From: Acidobacteriota bacterium
Lineage (GTDB): Bacteria > Acidobacteriota > UBA6911 > RPQK01 > JAJDTT01
Direction of reading: 5' to 3'
NCBI GenBank assembly: GCA_965217775.1
Contig: CBDCJH010000002.1
Coordinates: forward strand, 1,888,001 to 1,952,000
Length of the DNA: 64,000 nucleotides
The notes below the pieces were generated by a model. That model was given only the letters and a program-made list of their open reading frames with translations, did no database searches and had not been told where the DNA came from. The position numbers and the translations under genes were made by a program. Positions 30,334 to 40,890 of the stretch are shown here, piece after piece. How positions within the stretch are numbered: the stretch's first letter is position 1; every line of letters starts with the position of its first letter.

Positions 30334-33167
30334 TGCTCGGACGATGGGTAGGTCACCCAGACGGGAGAGCCCCAAGCCACCATGCCGTCCTGCTGCAGGA
30401 CCCGCACGTAGTAGTAACGCTCGCCCGCCCCGGCGTCGGCGTCCACGTACTCGAAGGAGATCTCTTCCTCGTCGTCGGGGGACACCTGGTAGACGATGGC
30501 CTCATCCCGGATGACGTCCACGCGGTGGAGCGGATCGGTCCCCACCACTCTCGCCTTCAGGCGCAACGGTCCGGACACGGTGAACTCCTCACCCATGAGA
30601 TGCTCGCCCCCGTCGTGGACGAAACGCACGTCCAGGATGATGTTGTCGGTGGAAGCGTAGGCGCGGCGGCTCCGGATCGCCTCCATCAGGCTCTCCAGGG
30701 TCAGGTCCTCGGCCAGTAGGCAGGCGTAGCTCATGTGGGTGGAATGGTGGTCCGAGGAGGCGATGAATCCCAACCGGTACCCCTTGGCCAGAGCGTTCCA
30801 AACATAGCCGGGACGTTCCTCGGAGTCCCGGGGCTTCAAGGTTCCCGGCTGGGGCGCCCCGGCGTGCTCGTAGGTGTCCCGGAGACCCTGGTAGATCTCC
30901 ACCAGGGTCTCCACCTCGGGATCGTTGTCACGCCAGTCGTTGGACCTGCCGGTGGTGTGGGGGATGGAGGTGCCCCCGTGCCGCCGGAGGTACCAGAAGA
31001 GCCGCTCGGCGCCCTCCTGTCCCCGCTCCTCAGGCCCCAGGATGGGATGGATGGGCTTCCCCCGTTCGGTGAAGAAGATGTTCCGGTGGCCGCTGGGGAA
31101 ACTGAGCGATCGCTCGTAGCCGTAGAAGGCCACGAAATTCTTCAGTTGGAAGAGGTCGGCGGTTTTCTGGCTCCGCCACCAGGTGTAGGGCTCGTCAACA
31201 TGGTGAGTGTGATCGCTCACTCCCAGGAAATCCAACCCACCCGCATCCACGGCATACCGGTAGGCATCCAGGAGGGTGCCGTCCGCCGCACCGTCCACCG
31301 AGATTTCCGTATGGCGGTGCAGATCTCCCCGGTAGATGGAGTAGGTCTTCCCCCGATGCTCCACCCGGAAAGCGCGGATTCGGTCCAACTCTTCCTCTTC
31401 GTCGGGATGGATGGGCGGGACCGGAGGATCCTCTGCCGGCGGAGGGGCGGGAACCAGGGATACGCCTTGTTCCAACTCCGGCGGCTGCAGCTTGGCCAGG
31501 AAGACCTGATTGTGTTGCTGCATGTAGCTCTTGGCGTTTCGGTGATCCGTGGCCCACGTGAGCCAGAACGCGCCGTCCGGGGTCCTGGCACCGGAGGGCA
31601 TCAGGGCGTTGCGGCCGCTGGTGCGGGCCAGACGTATCGGTGCACTCCATTGGCCGCCCCGGTATTGGGTGAGGTGAATATCCCAGCGCGGATAGTAGGC
31701 GGGTCCCAGCCTGCCCCTCACTTCCCGGATGTCGGGCTGGCGCAGGTACAGTTTTCGGACCAGCAGCCAGGGTTCGCCGGAGGGCCCCATCTCCAAGTGG
31801 GGCATCTCCCAAAGGTCTCCGATGAAGATCGTCGAGAGAGACCCCTCCGTGTCCAACCGCTGCTCTCCGTCCAGACAGACGATCCGGATTTCCCTGGACT
31901 CGCGAAGCTGTGTCCCTTGCACCCGGGACAGCCGGCCCGAGTCCTTGCCCCACTCGACGCCCGACTCCTGCCAAGCCACCCAGATGCGGCCTCCCGGGTC
32001 TACAGTGACCGAAGGGTTGGCCTCGAAGCGGGCGGTTCCCGCCACCGTCCGGACCGGCATCCACTGGCCCGAGGACCAGACCCGCAGATAGACGTCGTAG
32101 CTGCCGGAGGCGTAACCGTCCCAGACCACTGCCAGCGTGCCGTCGGGTCCGGCCGCGGCGACCGGCCACCAATTGTTGCCCGCGGCGGAATCCCCCGTGC
32201 TGATCTGCCGGGGCGGCAACCAGCGGTCCTTCTCCAAGCTCCGGGCCATGATCTGCGCCCGGTCTCCCGGGACGGCCCGCCAGATCAGCCAAAGACGTCC
32301 CGAGGCATCCCGGACCAGGCTGTGGTGGATGTCGGGACCCGCGCCCTCGGTGAGCCGTTCCAACCCGGACCAGCGGCCTCGTTCATGGGATCGACCGTAG
32401 AGATCCCAATTGCCGTCCACCTGCATGGACCAGACCACCCAGATCCGCCCGGAGTCGTCCTCCGCCACCGCCGTCTGGAACACGTCCGAATCCGTCGCCA
32501 GCACCTGGATCGGTCCCGAGGAATCCCCCAAAATGTTCCGGACGCAGACCGAATCGGAGTCGTTCTCATACTCCTGCCAAGCGACCCAGAGTTCACCCGA
32601 GTCGGCAGCCCAGATCGCCGGGTAGTCCTGTTGTCCCGCGTACCGGGAGTCGACGGCCAGCGGTGAAGGAATAGCCTCGACCAGGACACCCCCCTCCAGG
32701 AACTCGGCGGCCGAAAATGGAGGGAGTTCCCGGGGAACGAAGGAAAAGGCGCCCCGGACGGTTTCGATCTGGACCGGCCCGTGGGAGGGGTTCTCCCAGA
32801 CCTGGACCAGGACGCTGGGATACTCCAGTTGGAAGGCCTTCGGATCCCGCATCCACGTCTTCCGCGAGCTGACGACCCAACTGGAGCCGGTCCGGACGTA
32901 GTCGTTGGGGAAGACCGGGTCCTCGCCGGTCGCGATGTTGTGCTCCCGGAGCAGATCAGGAAGCACCTGAATCCGTTGTCCCGAGGAGAGGACCAAGCGC
33001 CCGCCCCACGCGGTCGGGACAGTGTCCTGCAGTCCGAAGGTGAGGCGATAGGTGGCTTCCGGGACCGGAGGCTGGCTCGCCGGCCGGTTTGAAACGGGGG
33101 TCGAGTCGAGGGCACAGCCGACAACCAGCGCCAACGGCAGAAAGAGAGCCCATGTGCGGATCGGCAT
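30330..33167 (-). CDS. Lipoprotein with beta-propeller region and DUF3604/PHP-like metallohydrolase domain
   Basis: LVVGC lipobox; GDLHRHTEIS, VSDH, GHRN, IPH, GFIASSDHH, YYYVRV...WGSPVWV. Confidence 0.75.
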   Translation of the reverse strand: MPIRTWALFLPLALVVGCALDSTPVSNRPASQPPVPEATYRLTFGLQDTVPTAWGGRLVLSSGQRIQVLPDLLREHNIATGEDPVFPNDYVRTGSSWVVSSRKTWMRDPKAFQLEYPSVLVQVWENPSHGPVQIETVRGAFSFVPRELPPFSAAEFLEGGVLVEAIPSPLAVDSRYAGQQDYPAIWAADSGELWVAWQEYENDSDSVCVRNILGDSSGPIQVLATDSDVFQTAVAEDDSGRIWVVWSMQVDGNWDLYGRSHERGRWSGLERLTEGAGPDIHHSLVRDASGRLWLIWRAVPGDRAQIMARSLEKDRWLPPRQISTGDSAAGNNWWPVAAAGPDGTLAVVWDGYASGSYDVYLRVWSSGQWMPVRTVAGTARFEANPSVTVDPGGRIWVAWQESGVEWGKDSGRLSRVQGTQLRESREIRIVCLDGEQRLDTEGSLSTIFIGDLWEMPHLEMGPSGEPWLLVRKLYLRQPDIREVRGRLGPAYYPRWDIHLTQYRGGQWSAPIRLARTSGRNALMPSGARTPDGAFWLTWATDHRNAKSYMQQHNQVFLAKLQPPELEQGVSLVPAPPPAEDPPVPPIHPDEEEELDRIRAFRVEHRGKTYSIYRGDLHRHTEISVDGAADGTLLDAYRYAVDAGGLDFLGVSDHTHHVDEPYTWWRSQKTADLFQLKNFVAFYGYERSLSFPSGHRNIFFTERGKPIHPILGPEERGQEGAERLFWYLRRHGGTSIPHTTGRSNDWRDNDPEVETLVEIYQGLRDTYEHAGAPQPGTLKPRDSEERPGYVWNALAKGYRLGFIASSDHHSTHMSYACLLAEDLTLESLMEAIRSRRAYASTDNIILDVRFVHDGGEHLMGEEFTVSGPLRLKARVVGTDPLHRVDVIRDEAIVYQVSPDDEEEISFEYVDADAGAGERYYYVRVLQQDGMVAWGSPVWVTYPSSEQ

Positions 33168-33216
33168 CACCTGTTCCCTCCGAAATTCAATGGCTCCCGT
33201 CCCGGGACGATCGCCC

Positions 33217-33801
33217 TCAATTCGAATCCAGCAGGCCGGCCGCTTCCAGTGGACGCCAAAAGGCGTAGTCGGCATGGTGGACGATGGTCACGTGTAGAGA
33301 ACGGCGGACCAGCTCGCCTTCGCCCGAGTGGCAACCGGCGGCGTGGCAGACTTCCTCGGGCAGTCCCACCACCAGGCAAACGTGGGTTCCGTACTGGGGA
33401 TGGCGGATGGGCGGCCAGCCCGAGGCGGCGGGCTGGCTCCTCCAGCGCGCCTGCCGCTCGGGATCGAACTCGTAGGGCTTGCCCACGTCGTGGCAGAGCG
33501 CGCAAGCCGTGAGCAGGTCTCGGTCGATGGGGAGCTGCGGAAACTGCTCCTTGAGGGTGTCGCCCAGCGCCAGAGCCAGACGGGTCACGCCCCGGATGTG
33601 GTCGGTCTGGGTGCCCCCCTTGAGGGTGGGCGTGTCGGGATTTCCCGAGGGCCGAATCTCGTCGATGGACTGAAAGGAACTCTGGCCCAAGCAGTAGGCC
33701 CAGGCGTCCACCACCAGATTCCGGAGGGTTTCGTCGGAGATTTCCGACAGCTCGGGCAGTGATTTCCGGACCGATTCCCGCAAGTCCTCACGTATTTCCA
33801 T
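33217..33801 (-). CDS. HD domain protein
   Basis: DH...ALCHDVGK...HS...HHAD. Confidence 0.85.
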   Translation of the reverse strand: MEIREDLRESVRKSLPELSEISDETLRNLVVDAWAYCLGQSSFQSIDEIRPSGNPDTPTLKGGTQTDHIRGVTRLALALGDTLKEQFPQLPIDRDLLTACALCHDVGKPYEFDPERQARWRSQPAASGWPPIRHPQYGTHVCLVVGLPEEVCHAAGCHSGEGELVRRSLHVTIVHHADYAFWRPLEAAGLLDSN

Positions 33802-33995
33802 GGCTTCACCCCCAGTGCGGTCAAGCTATCCCCGACCCGGAGGGGTGTCAAGTCGGGGCGCGGGCCGTCCACGGGATGACAGGGTCGTTGGAGCCGCTCA
33901 GCGGCGGGGTGCATGTAGAGGCAAGGAGTCAGGCCAAGGATCAGACACGGACCGCCACCCTGGATTGCCGTCCAGGCATGGCGATTCTCATCATT

Positions 33996-34208
33996 TCAGC
34001 TGTCTCTAGTTGGCCTTGAGAGCCTACCGGGCGCAGGAAATCCTTCGTCACCAGAACAAACGACACGCGTATTGGATGCGTCCCGAAGGCGCTTTTTGAT
34101 ATAGGTCTGCTCCTCCTCGAAGGTCATGCCTTCGATCTCGTCACTGATGCGATCCCGAATAGAGCGCATCATCTGCACGGCGTCGAACGTTTTTTTAATC
34201 TCTGCCAT
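33996..34208 (-). CDS. Small antitoxin-like protein preceded by a PIN-toxin C-terminal remnant
   Basis: KKTFDAVQMMRSIRDRIS...MTFEE; overlapping upstream frame ends LEIRTPREVID. Confidence 0.55.
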   Translation of the reverse strand: MAEIKKTFDAVQMMRSIRDRISDEIEGMTFEEEQTYIKKRLRDASNTRVVCSGDEGFPAPGRLSRPTRDS

Positions 34209-34362
34209 AGTCGATGACCTCCCTGGGCGTTCGAATCTCCAGGATAGACGGTTCTTGTCCGTGTTCTTTGCCTGGACCACTTCCTCGAATTTCCTCTGCG
34301 CCCGAGAACCTCAGTACGAATGCTCGACGCCAATTCAAGAATCCAGGTATCCTGATTTGATT

Positions 34363-35253
34363 ATGCCCCGGCTGCCGCTGTTGAGCCGTTTGGTCCAAGA
34401 CGTACCCCTCATCTCGGATGGGGCCACCGGAACCTACCTCCAGATGCACGGTCTGGAGCCGGGCGGTTGCCCCGAAGCCTTCAACGCCGATCATCCCGAA
34501 ATCGTCCGTGGAATGGCCGCCGCCTACTCCGGTGCAGGGTCGGAGATGGTGCTCACCAACTCCTTCGGCGGCAACCGTTTCATGCTCAAGAAATACGGCT
34601 ACGGCGACCAGCTTCACCGTTTCAACAAACGGGCGGCCCAGCTCGCTCGGGAAGGCGCCGGCGAGGACTGCTACGTCGTCGGTTCCATTGGCCCCACCGG
34701 AGAGTTCGTCGAGCCGCTGGGCGAGGTCACCGAACGGGAAATGTACGATGCCTTCGCCGAGCAGGCTGCGGCTCTGGCCGAGGGAGGCGCCGACGCGATC
34801 CTGGCGGAAACCATGACCGCGGTGGAAGAGGCGACGCTGGCCATCCAGGCTGCCAAGGAGGCCACCGGTCTTCCGGTCCTCGTCTCCATGACCTTCGACA
34901 AGGGTCCGCGCGGCTATTTCACCATGATGGGGGTGTCGCCCGAGCAGGCCGTCCTCAAGCTGCGCGCCGCCGGCGCCGACGTGGTGGGAACGAACTGCGG
35001 GAACGGCATCGAGAGAATGGTGGAGATCTCCGACATCATGCGGGACCTGACCGACCAGCCCCTGGTGGTCCACTCCAACGCCGGCATCCCCAAACTGGTC
35101 GACATGAAGATCGTCTACGACGAAGAGCCGGTCTGGATGGCGAAACGCTTCCGCCGCATGGCCGATATGGGCATCAAGATCATCGGGGGCTGCTGCGGCA
35201 CCACGCCCGAGCACATCCGCGAACTGGTCAGGGCGGTCCGGCCTGCTGCCTGA
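34363..35253 (+). CDS. Homocysteine S-methyltransferase family protein
   Basis: DGATGT, TNSFGGN, GSIGPTG, ETM, GTNC, NAGIP, IIGGCCGTTPEHI. Confidence 0.93.
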   Translation: MPRLPLLSRLVQDVPLISDGATGTYLQMHGLEPGGCPEAFNADHPEIVRGMAAAYSGAGSEMVLTNSFGGNRFMLKKYGYGDQLHRFNKRAAQLAREGAGEDCYVVGSIGPTGEFVEPLGEVTEREMYDAFAEQAAALAEGGADAILAETMTAVEEATLAIQAAKEATGLPVLVSMTFDKGPRGYFTMMGVSPEQAVLKLRAAGADVVGTNCGNGIERMVEISDIMRDLTDQPLVVHSNAGIPKLVDMKIVYDEEPVWMAKRFRRMADMGIKIIGGCCGTTPEHIRELVRAVRPAA

Positions 35254-35348
35254 ACGGCATAGCTGAAGCCGTCATCAAGGTGCATTCCTCCCAAGACGGT
35301 CCCTCCGACCCCGGTTCGGAAACATGGGAGAAAGCTGAGGACTAGTCA

Positions 35349-35693
35349 ATGACCGTGTCGAATTTGACGGATTTAATCACAAAAGCGCCGTGGCGCGAGG
35401 CGACCACGTACCGCAATACTTGGCCTCACGAGTACGTTCTCATCAGGAAGGACAAGCAGCAGGCATTGCTCGACGCCTTCTGCGAACGCATCCGGAACGG
35501 CGAGGGTATCGACGGGAAGTTCTTCAGCAAGTCGTTCACGTACCTCTTCATCGGGGAGTACAAGTATTGGACCTACACCCCCTGCATGAAGATCGACCTG
35601 GATTCGACCGAACACGAGTTCGTCCTGAACCGGGCCCGTTTGTACCGGGACGGGCGGGATTTCATGGTTCGGGCGGGAGACAAGGGAGTCTGA
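35349..35693 (+). CDS. Hypothetical protein
   Basis: 114-aa ORF with GAGG RBS; WREATTY...PHEY...YKYWT pattern. Confidence 0.65.
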   Translation: MTVSNLTDLITKAPWREATTYRNTWPHEYVLIRKDKQQALLDAFCERIRNGEGIDGKFFSKSFTYLFIGEYKYWTYTPCMKIDLDSTEHEFVLNRARLYRDGRDFMVRAGDKGV

Positions 35694-35695
35694 CA

Positions 35696-36760
35696 GTGTC
35701 GCTGTCTCTCTACGAGAAACTAGCGGATATGGCCGTCGCCAGCCTGGAGATACAGGCAGGGCAGTTCGTTGAAGTCCGCGGCGACGCTGCCATGTGGAAT
35801 TGTATCGAAGCCGTATCGCTCGCCGTAGAAAAAGCCGAGGCGGTCCCCTGCCTCAACGTAACCTCGATTGCTCACGAGGCAGAACGCATTCGGACGTTGC
35901 CCATCGATTGGCTTCGACGTCCGTCACCGTTTCTGTTGGACCTCGCGACCAGGGCTAATGCCGCCATCGTCATCGAGCGTGACTGGCGTCCATTGACCGA
36001 ATCTTGTCCTTCCGAGCGACTCAAGGCATGGAACCAAGCTGTAGGAGTGCTTTTATACCAACAAGAATCCAGACACGTTCCCAATTGCATGATCGCGCAT
36101 CCAGGAACGGTGCGGCAGGATGAGCTCCTGGTCCTCAGAGGGGACATTTATCGCACAATGGAGAACGCCATTGACGTGGACATGGCCGAATTGGACAGGC
36201 GTGTACGATCCGTCAAGCAGATCATTGAAAATGGAAGCGTTCTGGACATGAGAACTCCCAATGGCGGTCGCCTGAAGTGTCAACTTGGCAGCAGACCTGT
36301 ATTCGAGAACGATGGCCGCCTCAATAGTCTCGTTCTAAACCTGCCATTCGGTGCAATATCGTTTACCGTACCGGAAACCACCGTTCAGGGCTCCATTTGC
36401 ATCGAACGGTGGAGAAACGTCCATGATCTGACTCTTACCTTTGTCGACGGTCGTATTTCTGAGATTTCGGCGGCCAACAGCCCGAAATCCTTTACCGACT
36501 TTATCGGCACACATTCCGGCCACCGTGATCGAATAAGCCACATCGGGATTGGAGTAAACCCGGGCATCCACTCCCCAACGGGACTCATAGGCGTAGATGA
36601 ATGTAAATCAGGGATGCTGTTCTTTGCTTTGGGAGAAAACAGGTACCTGGGTGGAAAGAATGAGTCCACCCTGAATATGGATCTTACCTGTCCAGGTGCG
36701 ACCGTGTCTGTCGGGTCACGATGTATAGTCCGAGACGGGCGATTGACTCTCGATAGCTAA
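35696..36760 (+). CDS. M29-like aminopeptidase homologue with degenerate metal ligands
   Basis: NLPFG, LTFVDGRI, IGIGVNP, DE, FALGENRYLGGKNES. Confidence 0.65.
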   Translation: MSLSLYEKLADMAVASLEIQAGQFVEVRGDAAMWNCIEAVSLAVEKAEAVPCLNVTSIAHEAERIRTLPIDWLRRPSPFLLDLATRANAAIVIERDWRPLTESCPSERLKAWNQAVGVLLYQQESRHVPNCMIAHPGTVRQDELLVLRGDIYRTMENAIDVDMAELDRRVRSVKQIIENGSVLDMRTPNGGRLKCQLGSRPVFENDGRLNSLVLNLPFGAISFTVPETTVQGSICIERWRNVHDLTLTFVDGRISEISAANSPKSFTDFIGTHSGHRDRISHIGIGVNPGIHSPTGLIGVDECKSGMLFFALGENRYLGGKNESTLNMDLTCPGATVSVGSRCIVRDGRLTLDS

Positions 36761-37710
36761 TCCCGAGACCGCTCGTTGATCCGGTTGATGAGGACCGCGG
36801 CCAGGATGAGCGCGCCGCGGACGACGTGCTGCCAGTACTCGTTGATGTTCATCAACGTCATGCCGTTGACCAGGATGCCCAGGAAGATGACGCCCATCAG
36901 GGTGCCCCGGATCCTCCCTTCCCCGCCCATGAGACTGGTGCCGCCGATGATGACCGAGGCGATGACGTTCAGTTCCCAACCCCGGGCCGTGGTCGCCGAT
37001 CCGGACATGATCTGGGCCGACTGCATGATCCCCGCCAGGGCGGCCAGGCAGGCCACGCTGGCCATCACCACCACCTTGATCCGTCCCACCCGGATTCCGC
37101 TGAGACGCGCCGCCTCCGGATTCCCTCCTACTGCATAGACCGAACGTCCGAACGAGGTGTACCCCATGAGGACATGGGTGGTCAGGAAGACCAGCAGGAA
37201 GACCAGCGCGGGAAAGGGCACGCCGAAGAGATAACCCCCGCCGAAGAAGTTGTACCACTCGGGAAAGGGGGTCAGCGGAAAGCCGCCGGTGATGAGCTCG
37301 GCGACTCCGGTCAGCACCGTCATCCAGGCCAGGGTGATGATGAAACTGGGGACGGCGAAGCGGACCCGGATCAGGCCGGTCAGCGCTCCGATGCTCATGC
37401 CCAGGAGAAGCGTCGAAACCATGGCCAGGGGCAGGGCCATCACCATGGACAGTCCCAGTGCGGCCAGCCACTGCGCCAGCCAGGCGGTGACGCAGCCGGC
37501 AAAGGCCACGGCGGATCCCACGCTCAGGTCGATCTCGCCCGAGATGATGACCATGGTCATGCCGAAGGCGATGATCCCCTGCATGGAGACGTTCCGCAGA
37601 ACGTTGAGCAGGTTGACCAGGGTGAAGAAGCCCTCGGCCTGAAACGCCAGCACCAGGCAGAGCACCACCAGGACCAGCTCCAGGATGAAGCTTCGGGCCC
37701 AGACCATCAC
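36757..37710 (-). CDS. Sugar ABC transporter permease (RbsC-like)
   Basis: IDLSVGS, VPSFIITL, GGNPEAARLSGI, IGGTSLMGG. Confidence 0.92.
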   Translation of the reverse strand: MMVWARSFILELVLVVLCLVLAFQAEGFFTLVNLLNVLRNVSMQGIIAFGMTMVIISGEIDLSVGSAVAFAGCVTAWLAQWLAALGLSMVMALPLAMVSTLLLGMSIGALTGLIRVRFAVPSFIITLAWMTVLTGVAELITGGFPLTPFPEWYNFFGGGYLFGVPFPALVFLLVFLTTHVLMGYTSFGRSVYAVGGNPEAARLSGIRVGRIKVVVMASVACLAALAGIMQSAQIMSGSATTARGWELNVIASVIIGGTSLMGGEGRIRGTLMGVIFLGILVNGMTLMNINEYWQHVVRGALILAAVLINRINERSRD

Positions 37711-37730
37711 TCGGGAAGGGGTCAGCCGGA

Positions 37731-39224
37731 TTACATGCACTGGACGAAGAGTTGGTCGGCGGTCGTGTTTTCGGGCCGGACCTCCTGCCGAATCCGACCG
37801 TGCTTCATGACCAGGATACGGTGGCACACCTCCACCAGTTCCTCAAGCTCGCTGGAGACGAAGAGGATGGCGATCCCCTGGCGGCTCAGGTCCCACATCA
37901 GTTGGAAGATCTGCTGCTTGGCCTGGAGATCGATCCCGCGCGTGGGCTCGTCCAGGAGCAGCACCTGCAAGGAGGTGCCGAGCCACTTGCCCACCACCAC
38001 CTTCTGCTGGTTGCCGCCGCTCAGCGAGGAAACGGCCTCTTCCACGTCGGGAGCCTTGATGTGCAGGCGATCCACCTGGTCCCGGATCAGTTTCCGCTCC
38101 CGCCGCCGGCTCAGGAATCCCCGACTCGAAATCCGGTCCAGACTGGCCAGGCAGAGGTTGGACCGGATGCTCTGAGTCTGGACCAGCCCCTCCTGTTTCC
38201 GGTCCTCGGGGGCGAATCCGAGACCCAGCTCCTTCATCTCGGGTGGAGTGACTCTACGGCAAGTCCTTTCGGAGAAAAGGATTTCACCGCGATCGAAGGG
38301 CAGGGCTCCGAAGATGGACTTCAGCAACTCGGTGCGTCCCGAACCCAGCATGCCGGCGATTCCCAGGATCTCTCCGCGGTGAAGGGTCAGATCCACGTCC
38401 TGGAACTCCTCTCCCCGGGACAATCCCCGGACCTGCAGGACAGGCTCCCGGCCGGCCAGGAGATCGGCGGGACGCTCCTTCTGTACGGTCTTGCCGAACA
38501 TGTAGTGGACGATCTCCTCGGCCGTGGTTTCGGACATCTCCACCGTCGCCACGTGGTCGCCGTCCCTGAGGACCGTGACCCGGTCGGCGATCTCATTCAA
38601 CTCCTGGAGGCGATGGGAGATGTAGAGGATGGCGACGCCCCGCTCCGCCAGTTGGCGGACCAGCCGGAAGAGGCTCCGGGTCTCGTGCCGGGCCAGACCC
38701 GAGGTCGGTTCGTCCAGCATCAGGACCGAGGGCCGGAAGGACATGGCCTTGGCGATCTCCACCGTCTGCTGCTGGGCAAATCCCAGCCGGCCCACCGGCT
38801 CGTCCACGTCCATCTCCACTTCCATCGTGGCCAGCACGGCACGGGCCCGCTCGGCAGCCGCCGTCCAGTCGATGAAGGGTCCGCGGCTCCGGGGCATGCG
38901 TCCCAGGAGGATGTTCTCGGCCACGCTCAACCCCGGCACCAGGCTCAACTCCTGGTAGACGGTGGCGATCCCCCGCTGGAACGCGTCGCCGGGCGATCTG
39001 AGCGCCACCGGTTCGCCGTCGAGCAGGACCTGACCGGCGGTGGGTTGAGTGGAGCCGGCCAGAATCCGGACCAGGGTGCTCTTCCCGGCGCCGTTCCGGC
39101 CGATGAGGGCGTGCACCTTGCCCCCTTCGAACCGCACGGAGACATCCTTGAGGGCGACGGTTCCCGGATATTCCTTCCGGATCCCGCGGGCTTCGAGCTG
39201 GATCGGCTTGGGGACTGGACTCAC
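37731..39224 (-). CDS. Sugar ABC transporter ATP-binding protein (RbsA-like)
   Basis: GRNGAGKST, LDEPT twice, LSGGNQQK. Confidence 0.95.
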   Translation of the reverse strand: MSPVPKPIQLEARGIRKEYPGTVALKDVSVRFEGGKVHALIGRNGAGKSTLVRILAGSTQPTAGQVLLDGEPVALRSPGDAFQRGIATVYQELSLVPGLSVAENILLGRMPRSRGPFIDWTAAAERARAVLATMEVEMDVDEPVGRLGFAQQQTVEIAKAMSFRPSVLMLDEPTSGLARHETRSLFRLVRQLAERGVAILYISHRLQELNEIADRVTVLRDGDHVATVEMSETTAEEIVHYMFGKTVQKERPADLLAGREPVLQVRGLSRGEEFQDVDLTLHRGEILGIAGMLGSGRTELLKSIFGALPFDRGEILFSERTCRRVTPPEMKELGLGFAPEDRKQEGLVQTQSIRSNLCLASLDRISSRGFLSRRRERKLIRDQVDRLHIKAPDVEEAVSSLSGGNQQKVVVGKWLGTSLQVLLLDEPTRGIDLQAKQQIFQLMWDLSRQGIAILFVSSELEELVEVCHRILVMKHGRIRQEVRPENTTADQLFVQCM

Positions 39225-39226
39225 GG

Positions 39227-40228
39227 CTAGGACCCGGGGCTGGCGATGAGTTCCTGCAGCCGCGTCCGGTAGGCGCGGACGTTCTCAAGATCCCGGCGTT
39301 CGAGCAGGACTCCCGACATGGAGACGTGGCTCTCGACTTCCGTGCCCTGGATCACGGCGACGGCCGCCTTGACCGCCTGGTAGCCGATTTCGAAGGGTTT
39401 CTGGCCGGTGACGGCTTGCAGGATCTGGTCCTCCGACAGGAGGAAACCGAGCATCTGATCGCTCACGTCGGTCCCGAAGACGGCGATCTCGCCTCCCCGT
39501 CCGGCGTTCTTGACCGCCATGACCGCCCCCACCGTACCGCCCTCGTTGGCGCACCAGATCAGGTCGATCCCGGGATTGGCGGTGAGGATGTCGCCGGCCT
39601 TGCGGATGCCCATCTCCGGCAACCAGGCATCCTGCTCAGCCACGATCTCGACTCCGGGCAGATCGGCGATCTGACTCTTGAAACCGTTGGTCCGAGCTTC
39701 GCTCTGCTCCGTCAACGCCGACTTGAAGGCCAGGATGGCGATCTGGGCCTGTCCGCCCAGCTTCTCCTCGATGTAGGCGCGGGCCACCTTGCCGGTCTGG
39801 GCGCCCAGGTTGGACTGGTCGCTCTCGATGAAGGTGGCCGTGAGCCCGCCCTCGACGGTGGAGTTGTAGGCGATGACGTGGATGCCGGCTTCCCGCGCCC
39901 GCCGCAGAGCCGTGACCGACGCGGTGGCGCTCAGGGGCGAGAGGACGACGGCGTCCACCTGCCGGGCGATGTAGGTGTTGACGAGCTGGAGTTCCTTTTC
40001 CGGCTTGCCGTCGACGGTGGACAGCAGTAGCTCGGCTCCTTCCTCCCTGGCCGCCTCCTGCATCCCGAATCGGACCAGACGGAAGAACTGGTCCTCCTGC
40101 ATGAACATCCCGGCGATCTTCATGCGATCGTCCTCTTCCGCTGCCGGCCCACAGGCCGTCGCCGCGAGCACCAGCAAGAGGGAGAATCTGATCAGGAAGC
40201 GAAATTGTGGTCGATGTCTCATGGCCAC
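39227..40228 (-). CDS. Sugar ABC transporter substrate-binding lipoprotein
   Basis: ATAC lipobox; RbsB-like periplasmic binding protein pattern. Confidence 0.9.
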   Translation of the reverse strand: MAMRHRPQFRFLIRFSLLLVLAATACGPAAEEDDRMKIAGMFMQEDQFFRLVRFGMQEAAREEGAELLLSTVDGKPEKELQLVNTYIARQVDAVVLSPLSATASVTALRRAREAGIHVIAYNSTVEGGLTATFIESDQSNLGAQTGKVARAYIEEKLGGQAQIAILAFKSALTEQSEARTNGFKSQIADLPGVEIVAEQDAWLPEMGIRKAGDILTANPGIDLIWCANEGGTVGAVMAVKNAGRGGEIAVFGTDVSDQMLGFLLSEDQILQAVTGQKPFEIGYQAVKAAVAVIQGTEVESHVSMSGVLLERRDLENVRAYRTRLQELIASPGS

Positions 40229-40431
40229 GTCATTCTAGCAGCCCGTCGCGAAAGTCAAACGGAGCACCGGAATCGGGAATGTTTTTGCGTGGAGAGGCTG
40301 GTCTGGTTTTTCGAGAGTGAACAGGCCTGAAGCATCAGCCGGGTACCGTACTCACTTGGCCAAACGAATCTGTAGATGCAGGCTGCTTCTGGTTCTTTCG
40401 GAGAATCTGCCTTGCGGCCGGCTGCTCCCGA

Positions 40432-40890
40432 TCAGGGCCGCTCGTGGACCCGCTTAGGCAAAACCGGATCGACCACTTTCAGAAACGGGAATTTCCTGAA
40501 GTCCCGGTCGTGGGTGTAGATCGTCCGGATGCCATGGGCTCTTGCCAGCGCTGCCAAGTGTGCGTCCGGCACCAGGTTGCCACGCGCAACGACCTCGATG
40601 GCGACCTCGCGGTAGGCCGCCAGGAAATTTTCCGGCTCGGTCACCACGCGACACCGCGGCATCCGCATCAGCACCCCGACGTTATCAATGGCCTCGCGCG
40701 GGGTCATCGGTCTCTCAAAAATCCGGGGATGAGTGGCCATGCGAACGTAGGCCATGAGGACTGGCCACGTGAGGCAGAGAATATCGGGATCTCTCGGACG
40801 GTCGCGCAGGAACGCGCCCGCGGCCTCGTGGAACGGCGATGTCCGATCCGAGGCGTAGAGCAGGATGTTTACGTCGATGGTGTAACTCAA
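40432..40890 (-). CDS. vapC: VapC PIN-domain toxin
   Basis: IDVNILLYA, GNLVPDAHLAAL, THDRDF. Confidence 0.92.
   Translation of the reverse strand: MSYTIDVNILLYASDRTSPFHEAAGAFLRDRPRDPDILCLTWPVLMAYVRMATHPRIFERPMTPREAIDNVGVLMRMPRCRVVTEPENFLAAYREVAIEVVARGNLVPDAHLAALARAHGIRTIYTHDRDFRKFPFLKVVDPVLPKRVHERP

Noticed and set aside
4336-39230. Long antisense or alternate-frame ORFs (e.g. 4336-5985, 16668-18527, 30735-32666, 37752-39230)
   Set aside because: Shadow ORFs of real genes in high-GC DNA, with no domain motifs
40239-40424. Possible degenerate MITE starting CTAG-CAGCCCGTCGCGAAAGTC
   Set aside because: The left end resembles the 158-bp MITE TIR, but the right end is weak and no TSD is evident
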